A stretch of 64,000 bases of DNA from NCBI RefSeq assembly GCF_009931435.1, contig NZ_CP043415.1; one strand, written 5' to 3'. The translations under genes were made by a program, and so were the position numbers. Of this stretch, positions 24,654 to 34,302 are shown one piece after another. The stretch comes from Escherichia coli (GTDB lineage Bacteria > Pseudomonadota > Gammaproteobacteria > Enterobacterales > Enterobacteriaceae). Each line of letters opens with the position of its first letter. Within the stretch, counting starts at the first letter, position 1. The notes beneath the pieces were generated by a model. It ran no database searches, was not told the origin of the DNA, and saw only the letters and a list, made by a program, of their open reading frames with translations.

Positions 24654-25087
24654 TTATTCAGCTGGCAGTGCTATGCGCCACGGAAGCAGTTCGCTGACCC
24701 GGTTGACCGGCCAGTCTGCTATGACGCCAGGCACATGGCGAAGGTAGCTTTCTGGATCCACGTCATTCAGTTTGCACGTCCCGATCAGGCTGTACAGTAG
24801 CGCTCCCCGCTCACCACCATGGTCAGAGCCGAAGAACAGGAAGTTTTTACGACCCAGACTGACCGCCCGCAGGGCATTTTCAGCGATGTTGTTGTCGATT
24901 TCCACCCAGCCATCGTTCGCATAGTACGTCAGTGCCGGCCACTGGTTAAGTGCGTACGCGAACGCCTTCGCCAACTCTGAGTGTCGCGACAGGGTCTTCA
25001 TCTTTTCACGCAACCAGCTTTCCAGGGATTTCAACAGCGGTTTCGTTTTTCGCTGACGTTCAGCAAGCCGCTGCTCTGCCTGCTGCC
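24654..25087 (-). pseudogene. IS66-family transposase (TnpC) C-terminal fragment
   Basis: ...ALRAVSLGRKNFLFFGSDHGGERGALLYSLIGTCKLNDVDPESYLRHV is the IS66 TnpC C-terminal signature; GTAAGCG-type repeats at 24543-24620. Confidence 0.7.
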
Positions 25088-26102
25088 GCCATGAAGCAGA
25101 TTAAAGAACTTCAGCGCCTGCTCGGCAAGAAAACGATGGAAAATGAACTCCTCAAAGAAGCCGTTGAATATGGACGGGCAAAAAAGTGGATAGCGCACGC
25201 GCCCTTATTGCCCGGGGATGGGGAGTAAGCTTAGTCAGCCGTTGTCTCCGGGTGTCGCGTGCGCAGTTGCACGTCATTCTCAGACGAACCGATGACTGGA
25301 TGGATGGCCGCCGCAGTCGTCACACTGATGATACGGATGTGCTTCTCCGTATACACCATGTTATCGGAGAGCTGCCCACGTATGGTTATCGTCGGGTATG
25401 GGCGCTGCTTCGCAGACAGGCAGAACTTGATGGTATGCCTGCGATCAATGCCAAACGTGTTTACCGGATCATGCGCCAGAATGCGCTGTTGCTTGAGCGA
25501 AAACCTGCTGTACCGCCATCGAAACGGGCACATACAGGCAGAGTGGCTGTGAAAGAAAGTAATCAGCGATGGTGCTCTGACGGGTTCGAGTTCCGCTGTG
25601 ATAACGGAGAAAAACTGCGAGTCACGTTCGCGCTGGACTGCTGTGACCGTGAGGCACTGCACTGGGCGGTCACTACGGGCGGCTTCAACAGTGAAACAGT
25701 ACAGGACGTCATGCTGGGAGCGGTGGAACGCCGCTTCGGCAACGAGCTTCCGGCGTCTCCAGTAGAGTGGCTGACGGATAATGGTTCATGCTACCGGGCT
25801 AATGAAACACGGCAGTTTGCCCGGATGTTGGGGCTTGAACCGAAGAGCACGGCGGTGCGGAGTCCGGAGAGTAACGGCATAGCAGAGAGCTTCGTGAAAA
25901 CGATAAAGCGTGACTACATCAGTGTCATGCCCAAACCAGACGGGTTAACGGCAGCAAAGAACCTTGCAGAGGCGTTCGAGCATTATAACGAATGGCATCC
26001 GCATAGTGCACTGGGTTATCGCTCGCCACGGGAATATCTACGGCAGCAAGCCAGTAATGGGTTAAGTGATAACAGGTGTCTGGAAATATAGGGGCAAATC
26101 CA
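25088..26102 (+). mobile_element. IS2, 5'-truncated (~1.0 kb of 1.33 kb)
   Basis: InsC fragment from [35 protein letters not shown]; full InsD; right end ...GGGGCAAATCCA at 26102. Confidence 0.85.
25186..26091 (+). CDS. insD: IS2 transposase InsD (orfB)
   Basis: 301 aa matching IS2 InsD ([38 protein letters not shown]...). Confidence 0.9.
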
Positions 26103-26239
26103 GTGTCCTTGACCCACGATATTCAGACTGTCGTTGTATCTTAAGTTGACGTTACCCGCTGACTTTTATGTGTTGAAAAACATCCATTTTAGATGTTTTT
26201 CAATCTTTTGATTAGAAATACATATCGTTAACATGCAAA

Positions 26240-26527
26240 TCAATAGACAGCATGAATATTGATGGTTGCACCACAGGCCTGAGCATATTTTGTTAAAGTT
26301 TTCATACTGGCTCCTAAAGGATTACTTTCCAAGCGACTGATGGCTGACGGGCGTAACCCCATTCGTTCAGCCAGAGCAGACTTTGTTAACCCCGCTTTTT
26401 CTCTCATTTCGTACAACATTTCTACCATCTCCAGTTCCTTATCGGCATCTTCATACCCTTTGACAGCTTCTGGAGTATTAAGCAGTTTTTGCTTTACCTG
26501 ACTGAACGGAACACCTTTTACTTTCAT
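26240..26527 (-). CDS. HTH (XRE-type) antitoxin, HigA-like
   Basis: 95 aa; HTH LTKSALAERMGLRPSAISRLE; immediately downstream of and abutting the toxin gene. Confidence 0.7.
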   Translation of the reverse strand: MKVKGVPFSQVKQKLLNTPEAVKGYEDADKELEMVEMLYEMREKAGLTKSALAERMGLRPSAISRLESNPLGASMKTLTKYAQACGATINIHAVY

Positions 26528-26838
26528 TATTTCATCTCCTTCAGGCGCATCCTAGCGATTTCAATAGCTTTCGTTGGTGTCTTTTGCGTCTTTTTCACAA
26601 ATGCATGCAGCAGATAGATTTCGTTTCCAGTTGCATAAGCGTACAGTGTCCTTGCGATATTTTTATCCCCAACTCTCAGTTCAAAAAGTCCTCCGCCAAT
26701 TACACGACTATGAGGCATTTTCATTTTGTTACCTTCTTGTTCCAGTCGTTCAATCAGCCTAGCCATGCGACCACGCAGATTATCTGGTAATTCAATCAAC
26801 TCATTCAGTGCGGCCGGGTGAGTAATTACATTAAACAT
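26527..26838 (-). CDS. RelE/ParE-superfamily toxin, HigB-like (toxin gene first)
   Basis: ~103 aa from MFNVITHPAALNEL...; small basic protein upstream of an HTH antitoxin (HigBA-type order); start chosen at the internal ATG. Confidence 0.65.
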   Translation of the reverse strand: MFNVITHPAALNELIELPDNLRGRMARLIERLEQEGNKMKMPHSRVIGGGLFELRVGDKNIARTLYAYATGNEIYLLHAFVKKTQKTPTKAIEIARMRLKEMK

Positions 26839-27221
26839 ATTATAGCCTCCGAAAGGATAAAATACACCAGAACAGGAAAATTGCGCAAATATCAAATTTC
26901 ACTGATAAATGAAATACATGTTAAGTACAGTTTTGATGCCGCATCAGCGGCATGGAAGGCGGCATTCCGTTGTTGCATATGGCACAGGAGTAAAACCGCC
27001 GAAGCCCGGCGTCAGCCGGTACTGATTGATAGATTTCACCTTACCCATCTCCAGCCCTGCTAAGCCATACCCGTTTTCAGCCATGATAGAGCTTCTGTGC
27101 GCGGTCGGAGTGGTCCCGACGAGGGTTTACCCGAAGTCGGGGCGTATCTCCGCGTTAGCGGGCCGTCAGGGCCGCTTACGAGCGTGTACTCAATACTTCC
27201 AGCCAGAAGACTGACAGCGAT

Positions 27222-27244
27222 GATAATGTAGTTACAACATTCAT
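27222..27244 (-). promoter_or_regulatory. Ter (Tus-binding) site, inverted relative to the second site
   Basis: Contains the GTTGTAAC core (rc of GTTACAAC at 27231-27238); ATGAATGTTGTAACTACAT. Confidence 0.5.
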
Positions 27245-27360
27245 AATTGAAAGCGACTCTGTTCCGGCCCTTCGGGCCGGGGCGGCGGCGCTTATTAATT
27301 ATGAGGAGGGGCTTTGTGGTTTCAGTTCTGCGCGGAACCGGGGTTTTTCCGGAGTCTATG

Positions 27361-27383
27361 TTTGAATGTTGTAACTAAATTGG
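27361..27383 (+). promoter_or_regulatory. Ter (Tus-binding) site
   Basis: GAATGTTGTAACTAAATTGG matches the Ter consensus ATGTTGTAACTAAA. Confidence 0.6.
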
Positions 27384-27399
27384 CTCCAATCGGGGCCCG

Positions 27400-27620
27400 C
27401 CGCTTGCGGTGGGAGGTGCATATCTGTCTGTCCACAGGACAGGCAGTGAATAGGTTTTTTTTTAAATGAATGTAATTAGGTAGTTTAAAGGAGATATAAA
27501 CAGGTGTTTAAAAGATACATTGCACCCTGTAAGGCTGACGGCTGGCGCTTTATGACATGAACGGTTGTAACCTTATGGGGAAGTCCCTTGCAGTTAAATG
27601 TGGATAAGCAAAATCCCCCG
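27400..27620 (-). other. oriR: oriR-type replication origin region of the RepFIIA replicon (approximate)
   Basis: DnaA box TTATCCACA (rc at 27599-27607) ~175 bp downstream of the repA1 stop; A/T-rich stretch; position as in R1/R100. Confidence 0.5.
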
Positions 27621-27782
27621 TCTGTGAGGCGTGTTTTGTATCAAAAACAGGGGGGACCGGATGCACCAGAAGGTGGATGATGAGGTTGTTTTTTGTATGT
27701 GGTGCTGATTTTTTGTGCACTGGCGGGCTTCAGGCGTGCGAATGCCTCCGGCGCGTGCCGGATTATTCTGATGAGGTCACTT

Positions 27783-28640
27783 TCAGGGGGAAGCTGTGGC
27801 CAGCCGGCTGTAATTACGGTTACGTGACAGAATCATGCGCTCCTTCACACGACGCTCCACTTCGCGTTTTACCGCCTCACGACTGGCAGTGAAACGTCCT
27901 TCCGCGATTTCACGCGTCAGCTGCCGTTTCACCAGGGTGACAATATCCTGACGTTCCCTGTTCGCATCACGACGCGCACGGGCACGTTTTATTCCACGGG
28001 ACTTAAGCTCTGTCTGGTAACTGCGGAAACGCTCACGCACAAAACGCCAGGCTTTCGCTATCAGTTCATCCATACCCAGGGTATCCAGCCCCTGCTTTTT
28101 GCGCTGTCTGTTTTCCCATTCAACACGACTGCGGCGCGCAGCTGCCACTGCATCCTCAGACACATCAAGGGCAGCAAACAGAGCCGGTGTGAACGTGATG
28201 TCGGTCGGAATGTAGCACCCGATAAGCGGGTCATATTCCGTCTGGTAGGTAATCAGTCCCAGCTCTGACAGGAACGTCAGGGCCCGGGTGGCACGGGTGA
28301 TGGAGAGTTTTCCTGCACCGGACTCTGTCGCCAGTCCGCACTCAATGGCCAGCGTGGTGATGGAGCACTGGACGCGGTTGGCCAGCGGATCATAGTGAAA
28401 ACAGAGCCCCTGCAGCAGCGCATCAATGGCCCGGCGACGCAGTACCGGTGGCATGCGCCGACGCAGACCACGCGAACGGGCATGCGCCACATGAATGGCG
28501 AAATCAAAACGGGAGGAGAAGCCCACCGCCTTTTCCATCAGTTTTTCGCAGAACTTCAGCGTTCCGGCACCTTTACGGGGTGTAAACACCGGATTCGGGT
28601 TCTTTACCTGGCGGTAATACGTTTGTTGAAGATCAGTCAC
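27783..28640 (-). CDS. repA1: RepFIIA replication initiator RepA1, GTG start
   Basis: 285 aa from GTG ([40 protein letters not shown]...), near-identical to R100/R1 RepA1. Confidence 0.92.
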
Positions 28641-28707
28641 ACCATCCTGCACTTACAATGCGCAGAAGGAGTGAGCACAGAAAGAAGTCTTGAACTTTTC
28701 CGGGCAT
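28633..28707 (-). CDS. tap: repA leader peptide Tap (translational coupling to repA1)
   Basis: 24-aa [27 protein letters not shown] overlapping the repA1 GTG. Confidence 0.75.
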
Positions 28708-28800
28708 ATAACTATACTCCCCGCATAGCTGAATTGTTGGCTATGCGGTTTTATGGGGCCCCGGTAATCTTCTCGTCGCCAAACATAGAAAGATTATCGG
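28700..28800 (+). ncRNA. copA: copA antisense RNA region (approximate bounds)
   Basis: Region antisense to the repA leader with the conserved GGGGCCC-containing stem; bounds approximate. Confidence 0.45.
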
Positions 28801-28948
28801 GGTTTTTGCTTTTCTGGCTCCTGTACATCCACATCAGAACCAGTTCCCTGCCACCTTATGGCGTGGCCAGCCATAAAATTCCTTAAACGATCAGCAATCT
28901 ATCACGCACACCAGAAACAGGCAAGAATGTGATGTCGCTACATTTCAG

Positions 28949-29197
28949 TTAGCTAAAAGCACTCTTCTGCTTTATCAGTTCGGCAATCATCTCAGCCTGA
29001 GTAACACCCTCAGCTTCACACATCTCCTGCAATTGCGCTTTTAACGCAGCAGGAATAAACACTCTGAGTTCTTTATGTGTGGCTCGTTTTCTTGCCAGGG
29101 ATGCCTGCTGACGTTCTGCAAGCGTCAGAGGATTACCTTTTCTGTATGCTCGCTTTGTACCTGATGAGGAAGTCACTGCATTTTCTGTCTGCGACAT
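28949..29197 (-). CDS. repA2: replication regulatory protein RepA2 (CopB)
   Basis: 82 aa, [11 protein letters not shown]...; position upstream of copA/repA1. Confidence 0.85.
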   Translation of the reverse strand: MSQTENAVTSSSGTKRAYRKGNPLTLAERQQASLARKRATHKELRVFIPAALKAQLQEMCEAEGVTQAEMIAELIKQKSAFS

Positions 29198-29480
29198 CTC
29201 GCCTCCTCAATTCTCAAACAGGGATCGTTTCGCAGAGGATACTACAGTTTTTTGAAATCAGCGACTTGAAAGTTGTGACGATGATCTGTGTTGGCGCACA
29301 AATCATGTCTGATTACGACCGTTTAATGTGATTTTGATAATGAAATGACTGAAAAGATGGAAATGCCTTAACCTGTGTGCCGGCCCCGGGCGGGACCGGC
29401 TGTTTCTGGCATGTCGGGTGTCTGCCCCTGAAATACCTCACACTTCCGGAAAGCGGGGACTTCCCTCCCCGCCCGGCAGC

Positions 29481-29687
29481 TTACTTCCGTGCTTCGTAGG
29501 CCAGAGTTACCTGCACCACTGTATTTCCCCTGTGAATATTCAGCTCACATAACCGTTCCCTGAATATCAGTGAAAAACACAACACCGTGGCGCACACGGC
29601 GAGCAACCCGATAAGGGCATATTTCGTCATAAACTTTGACCTCTCTGCAAGGAAGAGGCTACAATCAGTAGTGTTAAGGTACTTCAT
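29481..29687 (-). CDS. srnB: Hok/Gef-family type I toxin (SrnB-like)
   Basis: MKYLNTTDCSLFLAERSKFMTKYALIGLLAVCATVLCFSLIFRERLCELNIHRGNTVVQVTLAYEARK; hydrophobic Hok-type core from MTKYALIG. Confidence 0.8.
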   Translation of the reverse strand: MKYLNTTDCSLFLAERSKFMTKYALIGLLAVCATVLCFSLIFRERLCELNIHRGNTVVQVTLAYEARK

Positions 29688-29909
29688 GCAGGCCTCACGA
29701 GTTAATGGATTAACAAGTGGGGTCTTCGCATTTCTGGTACCTGCGTCTTGCCTGAACCAGAAAGGCTCAGACACCCGCCGCGATAATACCACATTCCCTG
29801 TTACTGACCATTCCCTCCATTTCCCGCTTTTCACTACAGAAAAGCCGGGGGCGGGGAAAACTTGCTTTTTCCCGTCCCCGGGGTTGGACAACTGAGCAAC
29901 GCGAAGGCG

Positions 29910-30308
29910 TCAGTGGATTTTTATGATCCTTCCAAACTCTGCTTCCATTTTTTTCATATCCTGTTCTCTTACTGCGACTATCAGTTGTTTTCCTGATTTT
30001 CGTGCCACTCTGGCAAACTGCATGACGGCAGATTCATTATTCAAATCAGACCATCCTGTACAATTAAAAATAATAATATGCTCACTGGCGTTCAGCGCAT
30101 TCCTGATAAAAATAACAGCATAATCATTTAATGTTCTGTCAGAACAACTGTAAATCTGGCTGAAATCATAATACTTATAATCAGTGATATTCAGTTTATT
30201 TAAAAAGCTATCAACTTCAGAAGCTGATTCCCCCACTATAAGAACATTATGATTAGACGATGTGATTAATTCTGATACTGCCTGATAGTTCATTTGTTCA
30301 CCTTTCAT
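29910..30308 (-). CDS. hypothetical protein, AT-rich orphan gene (predicted alpha/beta fold)
   Basis: 132-aa ORF, markedly AT-richer than the flanking genes by inspection; followed by a hairpin plus T-run terminator; no family recognised. Confidence 0.5.
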   Translation of the reverse strand: MKGEQMNYQAVSELITSSNHNVLIVGESASEVDSFLNKLNITDYKYYDFSQIYSCSDRTLNDYAVIFIRNALNASEHIIIFNCTGWSDLNNESAVMQFARVARKSGKQLIVAVREQDMKKMEAEFGRIIKIH

Positions 30309-30395
30309 TAACAGAGAAATAAGTTAATAATGTAATATGCTTCATGCTTTTAAATATCGCATTTCAATGAGAACTCAATAGCCACAGAAATATCA

Positions 30396-30857
30396 TTATT
30401 TCCGTGAGCGCCATACCCAGGGCGGAACAGGAGCGCTGTCTGCCCACAGACCACGTTTCTGCTGTCGTACTTCTCCCTGCAGGACAGGAAGAACAGGATC
30501 GGTGTTGTACTGCTCATAAACCCATGCATCGCCTGCACGGACCATAAACTGATTAACATTCATTCCGTCTGGTGCATAAACCTGCCCGAGAATACGACCA
30601 TAATGATCTCGCTGAAAATATGTGACAGTAACCGTTTTTCCCGCAACCAGAGATTTCATTATTTTTTCAGACCACCGTCCATATTCCTGTTTCTTTTCAG
30701 GTGCATCAATATTAACAAGACGGACACGCACCGGATGCTGAGATAACATGACGTCAATGGTATCGCCATCCAGAACACGCACGACCCGTCCATGAATATC
30801 AGCAGAAAATACCTGACATGAAAAAACAAATAATACCACTGGTATATATTTCTTCAT
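30396..30857 (-). CDS. secreted thermonuclease-family (micrococcal nuclease-like) endonuclease
   Basis: Signal peptide MKKYIPVVLFVFSCQVFSA; SNase motifs VRLVNIDAPE...GR; usual position between repA and finO in F-like plasmids. Confidence 0.8.
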   Translation of the reverse strand: MKKYIPVVLFVFSCQVFSADIHGRVVRVLDGDTIDVMLSQHPVRVRLVNIDAPEKKQEYGRWSEKIMKSLVAGKTVTVTYFQRDHYGRILGQVYAPDGMNVNQFMVRAGDAWVYEQYNTDPVLPVLQGEVRQQKRGLWADSAPVPPWVWRSRK

Positions 30858-31599
30858 TTTACTCTCCGTCACTGATTACTTTTCGTGATTGCATGAATTC
30901 CATGCCGGGATGAATAATGGCTCACGTATCACGCAAAAAATAAACCGTTGAGTTGTGATCAATTCAACAAAATAAGATGAGGTGACTTAATACACATATG
31001 GCTATGTGTTACTAAAAACGCTGGTCAGCCAGCCTGACCAGACACATAAGAAACAACGTCTCATGCATTATTCAGCCTCCTGATACCTGGAGTAACGGAG
31101 GCTGCTTTTTCTGTCACATATTTCCCGTGAAGGCGTTACCGGTTTCCGTGGGTAACATGTGACGGAGATTATATTTTTAATCTCCGTGTATTCATCATAC
31201 CTGCTCTTGCTGACAGGATAACTGTGTTATATCGCAGGCTACCGGATGTGGCGCTGAATATAACGGTCATAGATAAGTCATACATGCCCTGCTCAGGGGA
31301 TTAGCGATAAGACGGACCGGGAGAGTCATCTCCCGGTTTTTCTTTATCCTGCCGCGAATACAGCCCGGCTGTCTGTCAGATTCACCGGATAACCCTACTG
31401 TTATGCATGCCACTGTCACCTCCTGCTTCTTGAAATTCATCACATTTTTTATCCCTGCTGGCTTACCCGGGATGTGAAATATGTTAATTCTGTGATGTCC
31501 GTTTGAAAGACAGGGCAACTCCTTCTTACACCACTATAATAATAATAACGATCTGCCATATAAGTCTGATCCCCCGGAGCTCCGCGACGGGGGTTATTT

Positions 31600-31803
31600 T
31601 TATCGGCACTTACACCGACATGCAGATGCCCTCTTCAGAGCAAAATCCCGCCATGCTTCACAGGGTGCCAGCCGGGCCGCATTCTGCCAGACCTCTGCCG
31701 CTTCCCTGAAAAAGCCACGAATCTCCTGACGGACGGCATGACGCCCCTCGCGCTGATAGCGATAAATACTGCTGTGTTCAGATAATCCACTGGATACAGC
31801 CAT
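31600..31803 (-). CDS. hypothetical small basic protein
   Basis: 67-aa ORF with a strong SD (AGAGGAGGG) 8 nt upstream of the ATG; no recognised family. Confidence 0.3.
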   Translation of the reverse strand: MAVSSGLSEHSSIYRYQREGRHAVRQEIRGFFREAAEVWQNAARLAPCEAWRDFALKRASACRCKCR

Positions 31804-31957
31804 TTTTTATCCCTCCTCTTGACCCGACACCCGGATTATGTCAGAAACATTATGAAACATCCCTGAACGGTTGGATGTTTTTCTCCATCAAAACTCTGGA
31901 TGTCTGTTTTCCCGATTTTTTTCGCTGTTGCCCTCTGTCATACAGAGGGCGCTTTTC

Positions 31958-32515
31958 TTATTCTGCCAGGATCGCCCGCAGCTCATCCTTGATCCGGTTC
32001 TGTCTGCGCACCTTTTCCAGGCGCGCCTGCGCATACTGTTCTTCTTCCTGTGTGATATGTTCTGTCACATAGCCTTCTGTATCATAGCGGCAGGCACCGG
32101 CTTTCATGGCGCCAAGATAGCTTTCTGAACGGGTGATGGCCTTCAGTGCCCTGCGCAGTTTTTTATGAGAGAGCGGGATATTCCGCTGAGACACCTCATC
32201 CAGTAAAACTTCCCGGATACCACAGGCAAGAAGCCGGGGCGTGTTACCGTCAAACAATCCCGGCCACCAGGGTTTCAGAGTGTTCACCGCCTCATCCAGC
32301 GAGGGCAGCGTCAGATAAATGGACAGCGCCTGTCTGGCCTGTGCTTTCTTCGCCGCCAGCTCTGCTTCCCGGGCAGCCTTCTCCGCCAGTTTCTGCTTTT
32401 TCACCTTCCATTTTGGTGGCGTGGTGACATTGATGATGGTTTTCCGGCTGCGGACAGGCGTCTCTCCTTCCGTTTTCCGCTTCAGTGTCAGTACCGGTCG
32501 TTTTTGCTCTGCCAT
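31958..32515 (-). CDS. finO: fertility inhibition protein FinO (RNA chaperone)
   Basis: [50 protein letters not shown]... matches FinO; 185 aa. Confidence 0.92.
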   Translation of the reverse strand: MAEQKRPVLTLKRKTEGETPVRSRKTIINVTTPPKWKVKKQKLAEKAAREAELAAKKAQARQALSIYLTLPSLDEAVNTLKPWWPGLFDGNTPRLLACGIREVLLDEVSQRNIPLSHKKLRRALKAITRSESYLGAMKAGACRYDTEGYVTEHITQEEEQYAQARLEKVRRQNRIKDELRAILAE

Positions 32516-32617
32516 GCTTACTCTGACCTTCGTGAAAATATGCCCTGCAGGCCGTTGAAACAACTCATCGTAACAGGAAGTTAATTTCAACGACCTTTAA
32601 CGTATAAATACTGACAA

Positions 32618-33478
32618 TTAAAGATATTGTTTAAACCATTGTGTCTGCACAGCTACTACACGTTCAAAAAACGCGCCCTCATAAATATCATAATGGCATG
32701 CATCAGCTTCCTCGTATAATTCCTTAGTACCAGAAGCAACAGCATCATATAATGCTCTTCCCTGTTCCGGTGGATTAACGCTATCCTGGCCGGCAATAAC
32801 AACCAAAACTGGGCACTGTACTTTGGCTGCGCTCTCTGCCGGTTTATATTGCAACGTTTCCATGACCGTAAGGAAAGGTATTTTTATATCCATTTCGGGA
32901 TGCCGGGCTTTGATTTTCTCGAAGAATACCTTCGATTCATCATCACTTAGTACCCGTGTAACCCCCACAAACATCTCTTTCCCGGTGTTTTTCTTCTTCT
33001 CTGCCATTTTATTCAGCGTGGATAGAAAAGACGCTCTCTCCGATTCATTCATCTCTCCGGTAACCAGAACCTCACCGTCAGCAAAAGCCAGCTGGCTGAC
33101 AATACATTTTACGCGTTGGTCCTGCGCAGCTGCACTGAAGACATGCCCCCCTCCCAGCGATGTTCCCCATAACCCAATACGCTGATTATCAATACATTCC
33201 TGCTTTTCTGCCCAATTGATAACTGAAATAATATCTTCGGTCTGCATTGCAGGAACCAGACGACCTCGTTCTCCATCACTCTCACCGAATCCTCGATAAT
33301 CAAAAGTAATCGTTGCGAATCCTGCTTCTGTGAAGGCATTCGCAAAGCAAGGGAGCAGAACATTCCTGATACCGCAAAACCCATGGCATAAGATAATCAA
33401 AGGATGTTTTATATTTCCTTCAGGAACACGAAATGTCAGGGCAATACCTTCAGAGAGTTTGTGATCCGTAATTTTCAT
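32618..33478 (-). CDS. alpha/beta-hydrolase family protein (R100 orf286-like)
   Basis: 286 aa; nucleophile elbow GTSLGG; located between traX and finO. Confidence 0.75.
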   Translation of the reverse strand: MKITDHKLSEGIALTFRVPEGNIKHPLIILCHGFCGIRNVLLPCFANAFTEAGFATITFDYRGFGESDGERGRLVPAMQTEDIISVINWAEKQECIDNQRIGLWGTSLGGGHVFSAAAQDQRVKCIVSQLAFADGEVLVTGEMNESERASFLSTLNKMAEKKKNTGKEMFVGVTRVLSDDESKVFFEKIKARHPEMDIKIPFLTVMETLQYKPAESAAKVQCPVLVVIAGQDSVNPPEQGRALYDAVASGTKELYEEADACHYDIYEGAFFERVVAVQTQWFKQYL

Positions 33479-33536
33479 AAATATCCTGTGTTATGTTGTT
33501 TATTAATAAGCAGAATCAGCGTCAGTATCATACCAG

Positions 33537-34283
33537 TCACAACGCCAGAATGCCCAGCACAGCCAGATGACAGCCATAGAACGTCGGGAAAAAATCTCCG
33601 GGCCAGAAACGGGGTAATGATTTTCCTACACGCGACACCAGACCAACGGTCAGCACCGTCATCACAAGACCAGCTACAGCCGCCGCATCACTGGAGGCAA
33701 GGTTAAGTGCCGGAATCACGGCCAGCAGGCATGCAACCAGCACCAGACGTTCCGTTCTGTCTTCCGCCCGGTACAGCCGGTGACTGACTGCCAGCATCAG
33801 CAGCCCGGCAATGCCGTAACTGGTGCCGGACAAAGGCCCCCACAGTGCCATCAGGAGAATGGCCGCTGCAGTACGCCACCCACTGCGCGTTTCACACCAT
33901 GTCAGCACCTGTGCCGCCACTGCAAAGGCAAACAGGATATTCCCCTCATACCAGGGAAAGCCGGCCAGATAATATGCGAACTGGGCAATCATCGCCCATC
34001 CCCACAGCCGGTTAATGGCCGGTTGCCGGATATGCGCATGACGGGACAGATTCAGCCCCCACACCAGGGCAAACAGCGGAAAGGCCCCACGCCCAACCAG
34101 AAACATCCACGACTGGTCCAGATGCCGAATGCGGTTTGCATGGTCCAGAACCATCAGCACCAGTGCCACCGTTTTGATGATATCCCGCTGTCCGGGTGAC
34201 CAGACCAGCAACGACTGCAACCAGGTATCGGTCCGGGCAGCCAGTGAATCATTACGTGTTGTGTTCGTGTTATCCGTTGTCAT
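33537..34283 (-). CDS. traX: F-pilin N-acetyltransferase TraX
   Basis: 248-aa polytopic membrane protein; position after traI. Confidence 0.88.
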   Translation of the reverse strand: MTTDNTNTTRNDSLAARTDTWLQSLLVWSPGQRDIIKTVALVLMVLDHANRIRHLDQSWMFLVGRGAFPLFALVWGLNLSRHAHIRQPAINRLWGWAMIAQFAYYLAGFPWYEGNILFAFAVAAQVLTWCETRSGWRTAAAILLMALWGPLSGTSYGIAGLLMLAVSHRLYRAEDRTERLVLVACLLAVIPALNLASSDAAAVAGLVMTVLTVGLVSRVGKSLPRFWPGDFFPTFYGCHLAVLGILAL

Positions 34284-34302
34284 CAGCGTTTATCTTCCTG
34301 TG

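Noticed and set aside
29587-29895. 102-aa plus-strand ORF upstream of srnB
   Set aside because: Antisense to the srnB/hok mRNA region, where an antisense RNA rather than a protein is expected.
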